Shown here piece by piece: positions 20,369-30,768 of a DNA stretch of 60,865 bases (position 1 is its first letter; the number at the start of each line of letters is the position of its first letter). The translations under genes and the position numbers were made by a program. A model generated the notes under the pieces. The model searched no databases. It saw nothing but the letters and a program-made list of their open reading frames with translations, and was not told the origin of the DNA. Origin of the DNA: Proteobacteria bacterium UBA6522 (GTDB taxonomy: Bacteria > Pseudomonadota > Gammaproteobacteria > Steroidobacterales > Rariloculaceae); NCBI GenBank assembly GCA_002434915.1, contig DJLG01000177.1:5001-65865 (forward strand), read 5' to 3'.

Positions 20369-21400
20369 ATGGCGATGAGCTCACAGGCTACAAGCTTACT
20401 TGAGAAGGTTATGGCAAAAACCGATCTCACCGAGGAAGAATCAGCTTCTATATTAAATGGAATGGCCTCTGGTGCTTTGCCGCCTGCCCTCGCTGGTGGG
20501 TTGCTCGTTGCACTCCGAACAAAAGGCGAAGCTACATCTGAAATTCGTGGGTTTGCAAATGCAATGCGTGAACTTGCTATCAAACCATCTCTGCCAGACG
20601 GGGAGCCCTACGTAGATATAGTCGGCACAGGAGGTGATGGTTCTGGTAGTTTAAATCTCTCCACTGGTAGCGCACTACTCGCTGCTGTGTGTGGCGCTAA
20701 AGTTTTGAAGCATGGGAACCGGTCAGTTTCCAGCCTATCTGGTAGTGCTGACGTCTTAAAAGCACTTGGACTACCAGTTCCTATGGATGAACGACAAATC
20801 AAAGACTGTTTGGATGAACTAGGATTCACTTTTCTATTTGCGCCTAGTTATCACCCTGCTATGAAAGCTATTGCACCTGTACGTCAAGCACTTGGAGTAA
20901 GAACAGTTTTTAATATTCTCGGGCCCTTAGCAAACCCAGCGTGCCCTCCTTTTCATGTGATTGGCGCTTACAGTGAGTCGATGGCAGAGTTAATGGCGAA
21001 TACGTTATCCGGATTAGATGCAAAGCGCAGTTTTGTTGTACACGGCGCACCTGGGTGGGACGAGCCTACGCCGGTAGGTCCTTTCCTATGCTTCGATGTT
21101 CGTCCTGGCTCAGTAACAAAAACTGTTCGAGACCCTGCAGATTATGGCCTAGCCCGTTGCAAAGCGACTGATCTAGAAGGTGGAACACCAGAAGAAAATG
21201 CAAAACGTTTGCGCAGCGCATTGTGCAATGGTGATAGTAATGCTCATCGAGAAGCATTGATTCTTGGTGCAGCTTTGGCTTTAGAAGTAACCGGTGCAGT
21301 TTCAAACCCAGAAAGTGGTGTTCATGAAGCGCGCAGTGCACTTAATGATGGGCATGGTAAAAACTTCATTGAACAAATGGAATCTTTTGGTCAAAGATAA
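20369..21400 (+). CDS. trpD: Anthranilate phosphoribosyltransferase
   Basis: 343 aa with DIVGTGGDG and KHGNRS motifs. Confidence 0.93.
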   Translation: MAMSSQATSLLEKVMAKTDLTEEESASILNGMASGALPPALAGGLLVALRTKGEATSEIRGFANAMRELAIKPSLPDGEPYVDIVGTGGDGSGSLNLSTGSALLAAVCGAKVLKHGNRSVSSLSGSADVLKALGLPVPMDERQIKDCLDELGFTFLFAPSYHPAMKAIAPVRQALGVRTVFNILGPLANPACPPFHVIGAYSESMAELMANTLSGLDAKRSFVVHGAPGWDEPTPVGPFLCFDVRPGSVTKTVRDPADYGLARCKATDLEGGTPEENAKRLRSALCNGDSNAHREALILGAALALEVTGAVSNPESGVHEARSALNDGHGKNFIEQMESFGQR

Positions 21401-21405
21401 AACCA

Positions 21406-22269
21406 ATGAAAAACAATACTTCTCACAAAGCTAGCAAAGGATCATTCTTGGAAAAAATGGCCCACGCTAGCCGACTTCGTGCAAAAGAAGCTAAAACCAA
21501 AGAAGCAGAGGGGGCTCTCCTTAATCGTGCCGCTGCAATGCCTAGCCCACCCCCACTAAAGTTAAGTGGTTTTAACGTCATAGCTGAATTAAAGCGGCGA
21601 TCACCAGCCATGGGTGATCTTGTGGATAGTGGTTTCTCGCATGACGCACAGCTTGAGGCTTATGCCAAAGGTGGTGCTGCTGCTGTCTCCATTTTGACAG
21701 AACCCGATGAGTTCAAAGGCTCCTTGAAAGATCTTTATGATGCATCAGCCTCGCTGTTTGATAGGGGCATTCCAACTATGCGAAAAGACTTTCTTACTGA
21801 CCCTTATCAGGTGCTAGAGTCTCGTGCAGCCGGCGCTAGCGGCATCCTTGCTATTGTTGCTCCATTAAGTGACTCAGAAGTGAACTCGTTATTAAGTTGT
21901 GCCGATGAACTAGGGCTTTTTGTCCTTTTGGAATGTTTTGATCAGGAAGATCTGGAACGTACGTCAGCTATGAATATAAGCAACCATTACACAGTCCCGG
22001 TACTGTGTGGCATTAATTGCCGAAACCTCAAAACTCTAGAGGTTGACTTTGATCGTTTTAGGCAACTAGCAACTCATATACCACCGACACTGCATTCGGT
22101 AGCTGAAAGTGGTATCAGCTCTTCAGAAGAAATAAAAGCGATTGTAAAGCTAGGATATAAAACTGCTCTAATTGGATCAGCACTTATGCGTGCTGAAGAT
22201 ACTGCTGATAGATTGGCGTCGCTTAAGCAAGCGGGGTTTAACGAGCTTGGTGGCACTACATGTTCATAA
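21406..22269 (+). CDS. trpC: Indole-3-glycerol phosphate synthase
   Basis: 287 aa with IAELKRRSP, RKDF and ESGI motifs. It is monofunctional, not fused to trpF. Confidence 0.9.
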   Translation: MKNNTSHKASKGSFLEKMAHASRLRAKEAKTKEAEGALLNRAAAMPSPPPLKLSGFNVIAELKRRSPAMGDLVDSGFSHDAQLEAYAKGGAAAVSILTEPDEFKGSLKDLYDASASLFDRGIPTMRKDFLTDPYQVLESRAAGASGILAIVAPLSDSEVNSLLSCADELGLFVLLECFDQEDLERTSAMNISNHYTVPVLCGINCRNLKTLEVDFDRFRQLATHIPPTLHSVAESGISSSEEIKAIVKLGYKTALIGSALMRAEDTADRLASLKQAGFNELGGTTCS

Positions 22270-22841
22270 AAATCTGTGGCCTAAGCACAGAAAAAGATGT
22301 ACAGGCAGCGATATCAGCTGGCGCAGATGCATTGGGATTTGTCTTTGCCAGCTCGCCGAGAAAGATAAGCCCTGATCGTGCGCTTTCCTTATGTAAAAAT
22401 ATTGGAGATCATATAATTCGAGTAGCGGTAATGCGTCACCCTACGCCAGATGAGTGGGGCGAAGTGAAAACTGTATTTGCCCCGGACTGGCTTCAGACAG
22501 ACCATGAAGATTTTAAATCACTCAACCTTGGAGACTGTAAGTCGCTGCCAGTATTTCGGACAGGGCATGTATCTGAGCTAAAAGAATTGCCACGACCTAT
22601 GCTTTTTGAAGGGATGAACAGCGGAGCTGGTGAAAAAGCCAACTGGGAAGAAGCTGCACTTGCAGCGGCTAGTACACAGTTGGTTCTCGCGGGTGGTCTT
22701 ACCGCTGAAAATGTTGAGATAGCTATCAAGTCAGTATCTCCATGGGGAGTTGATGTATCCAGCGGCGTTGAAGTTGCCCATGGAACTAAAGACCCATCTA
22801 AAATTCGAGAGTTTATCGCCCAGGTCCGGGCGACGGAGTAA
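22260..22841 (+). CDS. trpF: N-(5'-phosphoribosyl)anthranilate isomerase
   Basis: 193 aa with N-terminal FIKICGL and the C-terminal GVDVSSGVE pattern. It overlaps trpC by 10 nt. Confidence 0.88.
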   Translation: MFIKICGLSTEKDVQAAISAGADALGFVFASSPRKISPDRALSLCKNIGDHIIRVAVMRHPTPDEWGEVKTVFAPDWLQTDHEDFKSLNLGDCKSLPVFRTGHVSELKELPRPMLFEGMNSGAGEKANWEEAALAAASTQLVLAGGLTAENVEIAIKSVSPWGVDVSSGVEVAHGTKDPSKIREFIAQVRATE

Positions 22842-24112
22842 TGATGATACGACCAAACGAAGAAATAAATGAGAAGAAACTATTGAGAGCGCTTGTTGAT
22901 GGAAAGTTGCCCGATGCTTCTGGGCGTTTTGGACCTTTTGGAGGACGCTATGTCCCTGAAACCTTAATGCCTGCAATTGAGCGGCTTACTGAAGGTGTTC
23001 ACCGATTACTTCCGGACGAATCATTCAATCACAAACTAACCTCACAATTAAAAGAGTGGGTAGGAAGACCCACTGCATTAACTCACGCGGCTAGGCTTTC
23101 AAAAGCTTGGGGTGCAGATGTTTGGTTTAAACGCGAAGATCTTGCTCACACTGGTGCACATAAAATTAATAATGCAATTGGACAAGCCTTGCTTGCCAAA
23201 GAACTCGGTGCAACAAGAATCGTTGCAGAAACAGGTGCGGGACAACATGGGGTTGCCTCAGCAGCAGCTTGTGCACGAGTAGGGCTACCATGTGTGGTCT
23301 ATATGGGCGAACTTGATATACAAAGGCAATCACCAAATGTTGATCGCATGAAACGTCTGGGCGCTAATGTAGTCTCAGTTAACTCTGGTGACCGCACTCT
23401 ACGTGCTGCCATCGATGAAGCTATCAGAGACTGGGTTTCCGATCCAGTTGATACCTATTATCTTCTAGGCTCAGCTGTAGGACCGCATCCATACCCTTTC
23501 TTGGTTAGGGAACTACAAGCTGTTATTGGCCGAGAGGCCAGATCACAATTGGAAACACACGGAGGTCTTCCTGATGCGGTTTTTGCATGTGTTGGAGGAG
23601 GATCCAATGCGATTGGTCTTTTTCATGGTTTCCTAGGAGAGGAAAATATAAGCCTAATCGGTGTAGAAGCAGGGGGCCGTGGCGATGATCTCGGTGATCA
23701 CTCTGCTACTCTAGGTTCGGGACGTCCAGGTGTACTACATGGTGCATACAGCCTTTTATTGTATGACGATCATGGACAAATCCAAGAAACACATTCTGTT
23801 TCAGCAGGGCTAGATTATCCTGGAGTTGGCCCTGAACATGCCTTATTAAAGCTCGTAGGCAGAGTTAAGTATGTCACCGCAAAAGATTCTGAGGCTTTAG
23901 ATGCATTACAGGAGTGCTGTGAGTTAGAAGGAATTTTACCTGCTCTAGAAACGGCTCATGCTATCGCAGGTGCTCGGCATTGGGCTTCAACAAATCAAGG
24001 AGCACGGATTCTTATCGGGCTTTCCGGGCGAGGAGACAAGGATATGCCGATACTCAGCCAGTACCCCATCAAAACAAATGACACGGAAGGGGCTGAAAAT
24101 GCTGCCGCATGA
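22841..24112 (+). CDS. trpB: Tryptophan synthase beta chain
   Basis: 423 aa with FGPFGGRYVPETL, the PLP-lysine motif HTGAHKINN, and GGGSNAIG. Confidence 0.95.
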   Translation: MMIRPNEEINEKKLLRALVDGKLPDASGRFGPFGGRYVPETLMPAIERLTEGVHRLLPDESFNHKLTSQLKEWVGRPTALTHAARLSKAWGADVWFKREDLAHTGAHKINNAIGQALLAKELGATRIVAETGAGQHGVASAAACARVGLPCVVYMGELDIQRQSPNVDRMKRLGANVVSVNSGDRTLRAAIDEAIRDWVSDPVDTYYLLGSAVGPHPYPFLVRELQAVIGREARSQLETHGGLPDAVFACVGGGSNAIGLFHGFLGEENISLIGVEAGGRGDDLGDHSATLGSGRPGVLHGAYSLLLYDDHGQIQETHSVSAGLDYPGVGPEHALLKLVGRVKYVTAKDSEALDALQECCELEGILPALETAHAIAGARHWASTNQGARILIGLSGRGDKDMPILSQYPIKTNDTEGAENAAA

Positions 24113-24860
24113 GGCCCTTAAGAATGCCCTAGAAAAATCTGAAGAATCTGCACTTGTTGCCTTCCTAACGGCTGGCTATCCTGAACCTAAAAATTTCCTT
24201 AATGTTCTTTATGATGTATCAGAGGCAGCTGATGCAGTTGAAATAGGTGTCCCTTTCTCTGATCCAATGGCTGACGGGGTAACTATTCAACGGTCTAGTC
24301 AAGCAGCAATTGAACATGGCGTAAGCCTTAGCTGGATACTGGATCAACTGGGCAGTAGAACAATAAAAAGTAATACACCACTACTTTTAATGAGCTATCT
24401 CAACCCATTGCTTGCTTTTGGTTTCGACGATCTTGCCTCGCGAGCTCTACAAGTTGGCGTAAGCGGCTTTATCATTCCAGACCTTCCATACGAAGAAAGT
24501 ATGCTGCTTAAGACATCACTGGATAAGGTAGGCATTGCTTTAATTCAACTGGTTACACCAGCTACCCCATCTATTCGCCTTAACGAAATTTGTCAGGCCA
24601 GCCAAGGTTTTGTCTATGCCGTCACGAGGACAGGCATTACAGGTAGTGCAACACAATTTCCTGCGGACCTGGCCGACTATCTTGCTGCCGTAAAAGAAGC
24701 CGCAAAGGTGCCTGTATGCGCTGGTTTCGGGGTTCGAAAAAGTGAGCAGGTGCGAATGATTTCAAGGCATGCTGATGGAGTAATTGTTGGTTCCGCTCTG
24801 GTCGAGGCTCTTGAGAGAGGTGAGAATCCTGGAGAGTTTCTTCGGAATCTGCGCCCATGA
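24099..24860 (+). CDS. trpA: Tryptophan synthase alpha chain
   Basis: EIGVPFSDPMADG motif is present. The track ORF opens at 23958 inside trpB. The Met at 24099 (MLPHEALKNALEK) follows GGAAGGGG and gives the usual short trpB/trpA overlap. Confidence 0.9.
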   Translation: MLPHEALKNALEKSEESALVAFLTAGYPEPKNFLNVLYDVSEAADAVEIGVPFSDPMADGVTIQRSSQAAIEHGVSLSWILDQLGSRTIKSNTPLLLMSYLNPLLAFGFDDLASRALQVGVSGFIIPDLPYEESMLLKTSLDKVGIALIQLVTPATPSIRLNEICQASQGFVYAVTRTGITGSATQFPADLADYLAAVKEAAKVPVCAGFGVRKSEQVRMISRHADGVIVGSALVEALERGENPGEFLRNLRP

Positions 24861-24876
24861 AATGGGTGCTCTAATA

Positions 24877-25194
24877 ATGAAAAGATTGATGAGTTTTGAA
24901 TCTCTTGCTCAGGTCGGCCACCTGAAAAATATTCTTGAGCAATCTGGAATTGATTGCTTAATCAAGAATGAACAGCTTTCTGGAGGCTTAGGAGAGATCC
25001 CATTTTTAGACTGCTTACCAGAACTTTGGATTATTCGAGATCAGGATTTTTCGCGTGCCGAATCTCTTCTAAAAGCCACTCTTAACTTTCATGAAAGTGA
25101 AAAAAGTTGGCGCTGTATTGATTGCGGAGAAAACAACGAGGGTCATTTTGCTGTCTGTTGGCAGTGTAGCTCACCTGATTCTCTAAATGCCTAA
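24877..25194 (+). CDS. DUF2007-like small protein with C-terminal zinc ribbon
   Basis: MKRLMSFESLAQVGHLKNILEQSGIDCLIKNE resembles DUF2007, and the C-terminus carries CIDCGENNEGHFAVCWQC (CxxC...CxxC). The start could also be ATG 24862. Confidence 0.6.
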   Translation: MKRLMSFESLAQVGHLKNILEQSGIDCLIKNEQLSGGLGEIPFLDCLPELWIIRDQDFSRAESLLKATLNFHESEKSWRCIDCGENNEGHFAVCWQCSSPDSLNA

Positions 25195-25212
25195 TAATCC
25201 CATCTCTAATGC

Positions 25213-25956
25213 TTGGATAAAAATATTATGACTACTCCTATTACTACCGCCTGCGTCTTAATTATTGGCAATGAAATACTATCTGGAAAAACACAAGACA
25301 CTAACCTGCAATTTCTAGGCCGTGAGCTCGCTAAAAGAGGTGTTAGCCTTAAAGAGGCACGCGTATTAGTCGACGAAAAAAACGATATTGTAAAAACATT
25401 AAACGAATGTCGAGCCAGATATGATTATGTAATCACAACTGGTGGCATTGGCCCTACTCATGATGATATTACGTCCGAGTGTGTTGCAGCTGCCTTTGGC
25501 CGAGAACTGGTACTGAACGATGAGGCGGTAGCTTGTCTGACGCAGAGAAGCCGGGAACTTAATGAAGCACGGCTCAAGATGGCTCATATCCCGAAAGGTG
25601 CCGAACTAATTGATAATCCAGTTAGCAACGCCCCAGGTTTTCGGCTAGACAACGTATTCGTACTGGCAGGTATTCCATCAGTAGCACAAGCTATGTTTGC
25701 TACATTTGCGGATAGCCTAGAGACGGGTGAAACAATAATTTCTAAAAGTTTAGATGTCTATATTCCTGAGGGAGATCTCGCAGCACCACTAGGAGATATT
25801 GCGCAGAGATACCCAACCGTTGAAATTGGAAGTTACCCTTTCTCTAGGGATGGGCGCTATGGAGCCAATTTAGTTGTACGAGCTATGAGTTCATCCACCG
25901 TCGATAAGGTGCTCGAAGAAATAGAATCTGCTATGCAGCTCTTAGAGGATAGCTAA
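25213..25956 (+). CDS. CinA-like molybdopterin-binding (MoCF-biosynthesis domain) protein
   Basis: 247 aa. IIGNEILSGKTQDTN and TTGGIGPTHDDIT are typical of the CinA N-terminal/MoaB-like domain. It starts at TTG 25213 or ATG 25228. Confidence 0.78.
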   Translation: MDKNIMTTPITTACVLIIGNEILSGKTQDTNLQFLGRELAKRGVSLKEARVLVDEKNDIVKTLNECRARYDYVITTGGIGPTHDDITSECVAAAFGRELVLNDEAVACLTQRSRELNEARLKMAHIPKGAELIDNPVSNAPGFRLDNVFVLAGIPSVAQAMFATFADSLETGETIISKSLDVYIPEGDLAAPLGDIAQRYPTVEIGSYPFSRDGRYGANLVVRAMSSSTVDKVLEEIESAMQLLEDS

Positions 25957-25981
25957 ACAATCAATAATCTAAAGTGAAGTA

Positions 25982-27616
25982 CTAGCTGTTCTTTGAATGA
26001 TCAGCAAGAAAAGCCCAGACTATACCCAAACCAGTTATATACCACGCTGGCCAAACTGGAATAATCTCGGTACCCATCCATAAAGCACCAACTACTATTA
26101 AAAACATACCAGGGAGTATGCTAATACGTTCAATAAAAATGTTTTGCTGAGATTTTTTCTTGCTACTATTTTTATGTGGTTTTTCTTCCCGGGCTTCTTC
26201 TAGAATATTTTTAATTATCTGATGAATAGCATCTGGCAACTGCACAAGATCTTCGCTGATCTGGGGCCAATTTTGAATAAACCGCTTTACATGAGCACGA
26301 GGATCCGTACGTTGCTTCATCCATTCTTGAAGAACGGGTTGAGCAGTCGACCAAAGGTCAAGATCAGGATAAAGCTCACGACCAAGCCCTTCAACATTTA
26401 AAAGAGTTTTTTGGAGTAAAACTAGTTGCGGTTGAACCTCCATATCAAACTTTCGCGCCGTATCAAATAGTCTTAGTAGCACGAGACCAAAGGAAATATC
26501 TTTTAATGGTTTATTAAAAATAGGTTCACATACAGCACGAATTGATGCCTCTAACTCTGCTATATGAGTGCTCGAGGGTACCCAGCCAGAATCTACGTGT
26601 AACTGAGCGACTCGATTATAGTCTTGCTTAAAAAAAGCTAGAAAATTACCTGCTAAGTAATGCTGATTACTTGGGCTGAGACTACCCACAATACCAAAAT
26701 CAATAGCTATGTAACGTGGGTTTTCTGGATTGGATATATCTACAAAAATATTTCCAGGATGCATATCCGCATGAAAAAAATTATGCTGAAAAACCTGAGT
26801 GAAAAAAATTTCCACGCCATTCTCGGCAAGACGTTTTATATTTGTGCCAGCATCTCGTAAGGCTTTGACATCACTAATCGGCACGCCTTTGACATGCTCC
26901 ATAGTGAGAATGTTTTTTCGGCAATATTCCCAATATATTTCAGGCACATAAAGCTTTTTAGAATCTTTAAAATTTTTCTTGAGTTGAGTTGCGTTAGCAG
27001 CCTCTCTAAGTAAATCAAGTTCCTTAAGAATGGTTTTTTCGAACTCTTTAATGACTTCTACAGGCCGAAGTCGATGTCCATCCGACCAATAACGTTCCGC
27101 CAGCGTGGCAATGGCATAAAGCACTTTAAGATCACGTTCGATAGATAGTCGAGCATCAGGCCTTAAAATTTTTACTACAACTGACTCGCCTGTATGGAGA
27201 GTGGCACTGTGCACTTGAGCAACAGATGCTGCAGCCAATGGTATTTGTTCGAAATCAGCAAATATTTCTTCTGCTTTTTTTCCGAATTCAGACGATAAGA
27301 TATTTAGTGCCTCTATAGAATCAAATGGAGGCACCTGATCTTGCAGTTTTGCAAGCTCATCTGCTATATCAACTGGAAGCAGATCACGTCGCGTTGAAAC
27401 TGCTTGACCGAACTTTACGAAAATAGGGCCTAGTTCTTCAAGCGCTAATCTTATCCTGACTCCAAGGGACTCTGGATATGGTCCACGTGGAATAAAACGG
27501 TATATCCAACCAACAGAACGAAACAGATGTGTTTCCCTAACAACATCTTCAAGGCCATAGCGAAACAGCGTTTTCTGAATTACTAGTAACCGTAGAATTA
27601 GTCTGAGTTGCCCCAT
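25982..27616 (-). CDS. ubiB: Ubiquinone biosynthesis regulatory kinase-like protein UbiB
   Basis: 544 aa. ABC1/ADCK motifs AAASVAQVH, HADMHPGN and DFGIVG are present, with C-terminal TM helices. Confidence 0.93.
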   Translation of the reverse strand: MGQLRLILRLLVIQKTLFRYGLEDVVRETHLFRSVGWIYRFIPRGPYPESLGVRIRLALEELGPIFVKFGQAVSTRRDLLPVDIADELAKLQDQVPPFDSIEALNILSSEFGKKAEEIFADFEQIPLAAASVAQVHSATLHTGESVVVKILRPDARLSIERDLKVLYAIATLAERYWSDGHRLRPVEVIKEFEKTILKELDLLREAANATQLKKNFKDSKKLYVPEIYWEYCRKNILTMEHVKGVPISDVKALRDAGTNIKRLAENGVEIFFTQVFQHNFFHADMHPGNIFVDISNPENPRYIAIDFGIVGSLSPSNQHYLAGNFLAFFKQDYNRVAQLHVDSGWVPSSTHIAELEASIRAVCEPIFNKPLKDISFGLVLLRLFDTARKFDMEVQPQLVLLQKTLLNVEGLGRELYPDLDLWSTAQPVLQEWMKQRTDPRAHVKRFIQNWPQISEDLVQLPDAIHQIIKNILEEAREEKPHKNSSKKKSQQNIFIERISILPGMFLIVVGALWMGTEIIPVWPAWYITGLGIVWAFLADHSKNS

Positions 27617-28242
27617 GCTATCCCGCCATTCTTCTTTGCTAAAAGCCTATCTATTCTTTGTTCTGTCCTATCTATATCTTCTCTTAAGACTTCAACCTCA
27701 CGATTAAATCTTTCAATTTCAATCCTTGGGGGCAGATGACTAGACTCTTCCTGTATAAATTCCGATGTGTTCATCGCCACAGATTTGATAGCCCGATTAC
27801 CCCATTTGGTCAATCGGCGGGCCATATCTGATACCTCATAAGCTAAAACATCCCCAACCAAGTATGAAAGCTCTTCCTCAATCTCTGGGCGTGCGAGACG
27901 CAACAACTCTGAATAACCCTCGATAGTTTCCGTATCACCACAAATAGTAGCTTCAGATGCTCTTAGTTCATTTGCGGTCGACGCACGAATAAGCCTTAGA
28001 AAGGTTATTGGTGTTCCAGATATTGAAGCCGTCATGTCTCTTTCAGCATCATTTTCACTAATCTCATTTATCCTGAGATAAGCATCTTCTGCTTTTAAGC
28101 AGAATTTAAAATTCACATCCTTAACGTTCACCAATAATGTGCGATCTTCTAATGCACGCAGTTGGCTTTGGGCAGTCGAAGACCCATTAATATGATGGTT
28201 CAACAAGCTTTCCATAACTGCCGTAGCTCTGTTAGTAATCAT
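27598..28242 (-). CDS. ubiJ: Ubiquinone biosynthesis accessory factor UbiJ (SCP2 domain)
   Basis: 214 aa. The call rests on the conserved position between ubiE and ubiB, plus an SCP2-like N-terminal half and a coiled-coil C-terminus. Confidence 0.72.
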   Translation of the reverse strand: MITNRATAVMESLLNHHINGSSTAQSQLRALEDRTLLVNVKDVNFKFCLKAEDAYLRINEISENDAERDMTASISGTPITFLRLIRASTANELRASEATICGDTETIEGYSELLRLARPEIEEELSYLVGDVLAYEVSDMARRLTKWGNRAIKSVAMNTSEFIQEESSHLPPRIEIERFNREVEVLREDIDRTEQRIDRLLAKKNGGIAWGNSD

Positions 28243-28247
28243 TAGCC

Positions 28248-29012
28248 CTACAATTTAAAACCTAGATGTAAGGCAACGATTCCGGCAGATAGATTATGAT
28301 ATTCACAACGCTCAAAACCTTCACTAATCATTAGTTCTTTTAATGCATTCTGATCAGGATGCATCCTTATAGACTCAGCCAAATAACGATAGCTATCAGA
28401 ATCATTTGTAATTAGCCCGCCAAGCCTCGGCAAAACCTGAAAACTATAAAGATCATAAATGGAATTAAGAAAACTTATTTTAGGCTTAGAAAATTCAAGG
28501 ATTAATAATCTTCCGCCTGGCTTTAACACACGATACATGTCAGCAAGAGCTGCCAACTTATTCGTTACATTGCGTAACCCAAAACCTATGGTGACACAGT
28601 TAAACTTGTTACTTTCAAAAGGAAGTTTTTCGGCATCAGCTTGCGTATAGGCCACGTTTTTAGCAAAACCTGCATCAGTAAGCGAATCACGGCCCTTATG
28701 TAGCATACTTGAATTAATATCCGTTACTACAACAAGACCGTTAGATCCGACCTGATGAGCCATACCTTTACTAAGATCGCCGCTACCTGCCGCAACATCC
28801 AGCGCAAAATCACCATTCCTAAGGGCAGTCTTTGAAAGCGTAAATTTTTTCCACGCACGATGCATACCAAACGACATAATGTCATTCATCAAATCATATC
28901 TATCCGCTACTGAATCAAATACAGCTCCAACACGAAGACTCTTGTCATCCAAAGGAACACGCTCAAAACCAAAATCAGCAAATTGTTCAGTTTTTTTCTG
29001 GTTCTCTGCCAT
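28248..29012 (-). CDS. ubiE: Demethylmenaquinone/ubiquinone C-methyltransferase
   Basis: 254 aa with SAM motif LDVAAGSGD and the N-terminal VFDSVADRYDLMND characteristic of UbiE. Confidence 0.93.
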   Translation of the reverse strand: MAENQKKTEQFADFGFERVPLDDKSLRVGAVFDSVADRYDLMNDIMSFGMHRAWKKFTLSKTALRNGDFALDVAAGSGDLSKGMAHQVGSNGLVVVTDINSSMLHKGRDSLTDAGFAKNVAYTQADAEKLPFESNKFNCVTIGFGLRNVTNKLAALADMYRVLKPGGRLLILEFSKPKISFLNSIYDLYSFQVLPRLGGLITNDSDSYRYLAESIRMHPDQNALKELMISEGFERCEYHNLSAGIVALHLGFKL

Positions 29013-29394
29013 TCATATCCACCATTCTTTGATGACCCGCCTTATCAAGGCGCTCGAGATACTTCTTCCAATTATCTTCATAGCGCGACCCCAGTTCGTA
29101 AAGTATTGGCCATGAATAAAGACCTGTATCATGTCCATCATCAAAAATTAGTCGAACCGCATAGCGGCCAATCGCTTCAATTTTTTCAATATTTACCCCC
29201 TCCTTGTTGATAACCAAAATTGGCTCATCTGCGCCATGTCCCTTAACCTCGGCTGAAGGTGAGTGGACCCTTAAGTATTCGGCAGAAAGACTAAATCGCA
29301 ATCCATCAGAAAACTGGATTAATAATTGACGAGAACGTTTTTGCAACTTTATATCCGTGGGATATACGCCTGTTTTTAATTCCTGAATGCTCAT
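28987..29394 (-). CDS. DUF971 (gamma-butyrobetaine hydroxylase N-terminal-like) protein
   Basis: 135 aa. [15 protein letters not shown]...[18 protein letters not shown] is the DUF971 pattern. It follows hslU, as in Pseudomonas. Confidence 0.75.
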   Translation of the reverse strand: MSIQELKTGVYPTDIKLQKRSRQLLIQFSDGLRFSLSAEYLRVHSPSAEVKGHGADEPILVINKEGVNIEKIEAIGRYAVRLIFDDGHDTGLYSWPILYELGSRYEDNWKKYLERLDKAGHQRMVDMNGREPEKN

Positions 29395-30695
29395 AAAATG
29401 TACCGTGTTAGATCCTCATCTTGGGCAAGATCACCAAGATGCTGACTCACATAGGCAGCATCAACCTTAGTTGCATGACCCTCTTTATCTGCAGCTTCAA
29501 ATGAAATCGATTCCAAAAGTCTTTCCATAACTGTGTGTAGTCGTCTTGCTCCAATATCTTCAGTGCTTTCATTAACACGAAATGCTACTTCAGCAATTTG
29601 TTTTATCCCTGTTGAATCAAAATAAAGATCCACACTTTCGGTTGCCATTAGCGCCGTATACTGTTCCGTCAATGATGCATCAGGCTCTGTTAGTATTCGA
29701 ACAAAATCGTCTGCCACAAGAGCTGATAACTCTACTCGTATTGGGAACCGGCCCTGAAGTTCTGGGATAAGGTCTGCTGGTTTTGCAACATTGAATGCGC
29801 CAGATGCAATAAACAGTATGTGATCTGTGCGAACCATTCCATAACGAGTGCTAACCGTACATCCCTCAACAAGTGGCAATAGGTCACGCTGCACTCCCTC
29901 TCTGGAAACATCTGCGCCTAGAGTGTCAGACCGGCGCGCCACCTTGTCTATTTCATCAATAAAAACGATCCCATTCTGCTCCACAGCCGTGAGTGCCTGC
30001 AGCTTAATATCTTCTTCATTAACCATCTTTACTGCTTCTTCATCAGTTAACAATTTCAATGCATCCCGCACTCGAAGTTTTCTCGGATTAACACGTCCAC
30101 TAGACATATTTTGAAATAAGCCCTGTAATTGGTTAGTCATCTCTTCCATACCGGGTGGCGCCATAATCTCTACGCCTACTCCCGCTGACTGGACCTCTAT
30201 TTCAACTTCCCGATCATCTAATTCACCCTCCCGTAATTTCTTTCTAAAACGCTGTCGGGTTTCGTTATCTTGCTCAGCACTAGATCCTGGCAATAGTGCA
30301 TCGAGGACTCGATCCTCCGCTGAGTCCTGAGCACGGTGTCTAACCTTTGCTACCTCATCCTCTCTAACCATCTTTACTGCCATGTCTGCAAGATCACGTA
30401 CTATCGTGTCAACTTCACGCCCCACATAACCAACCTCAGTAAATTTAGTTGCCTCCACCTTTATAAAAGGCGCGCTTGCAAGCCGAGCAAGTCGCCGAGC
30501 AATTTCTGTTTTTCCAACACCAGTTGGGCCAATCATCAAAATATTTTTTGGTGTAATTTCGCTTCCAAGTGGCTCTGAAACCTTTGATCTACGCCATCTG
30601 TTTCTCAGTGCAATCGCAACAGCTCGCTTAGCATCATTTTGACCAATAATATGTTTGTCCAGTTCTTGGACTATTTCTCTGGGTGTCATAGACAT
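29391..30695 (-). CDS. hslU: ATP-dependent protease ATPase subunit HslU
   Basis: 434 aa with MTPREIV..LD.HIIGQ and Walker [16 protein letters not shown]. Confidence 0.95.
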   Translation of the reverse strand: MSMTPREIVQELDKHIIGQNDAKRAVAIALRNRWRRSKVSEPLGSEITPKNILMIGPTGVGKTEIARRLARLASAPFIKVEATKFTEVGYVGREVDTIVRDLADMAVKMVREDEVAKVRHRAQDSAEDRVLDALLPGSSAEQDNETRQRFRKKLREGELDDREVEIEVQSAGVGVEIMAPPGMEEMTNQLQGLFQNMSSGRVNPRKLRVRDALKLLTDEEAVKMVNEEDIKLQALTAVEQNGIVFIDEIDKVARRSDTLGADVSREGVQRDLLPLVEGCTVSTRYGMVRTDHILFIASGAFNVAKPADLIPELQGRFPIRVELSALVADDFVRILTEPDASLTEQYTALMATESVDLYFDSTGIKQIAEVAFRVNESTEDIGARRLHTVMERLLESISFEAADKEGHATKVDAAYVSQHLGDLAQDEDLTRYIL

Positions 30696-30768
30696 TTCAG
30701 TACACTCTCAAAAGTAGTGGTGTGCTATAAAACTGAGCTGAAACTCGGCCTTCAACTAACCAAATTCT

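Noticed and set aside
23958-24098. N-terminal 47-codon extension of the trpA ORF
   Set aside because: The extension lies inside the trpB coding sequence in another frame. TrpA homology begins at the Met at 24099, which has an SD-like GGAAGGGG upstream.
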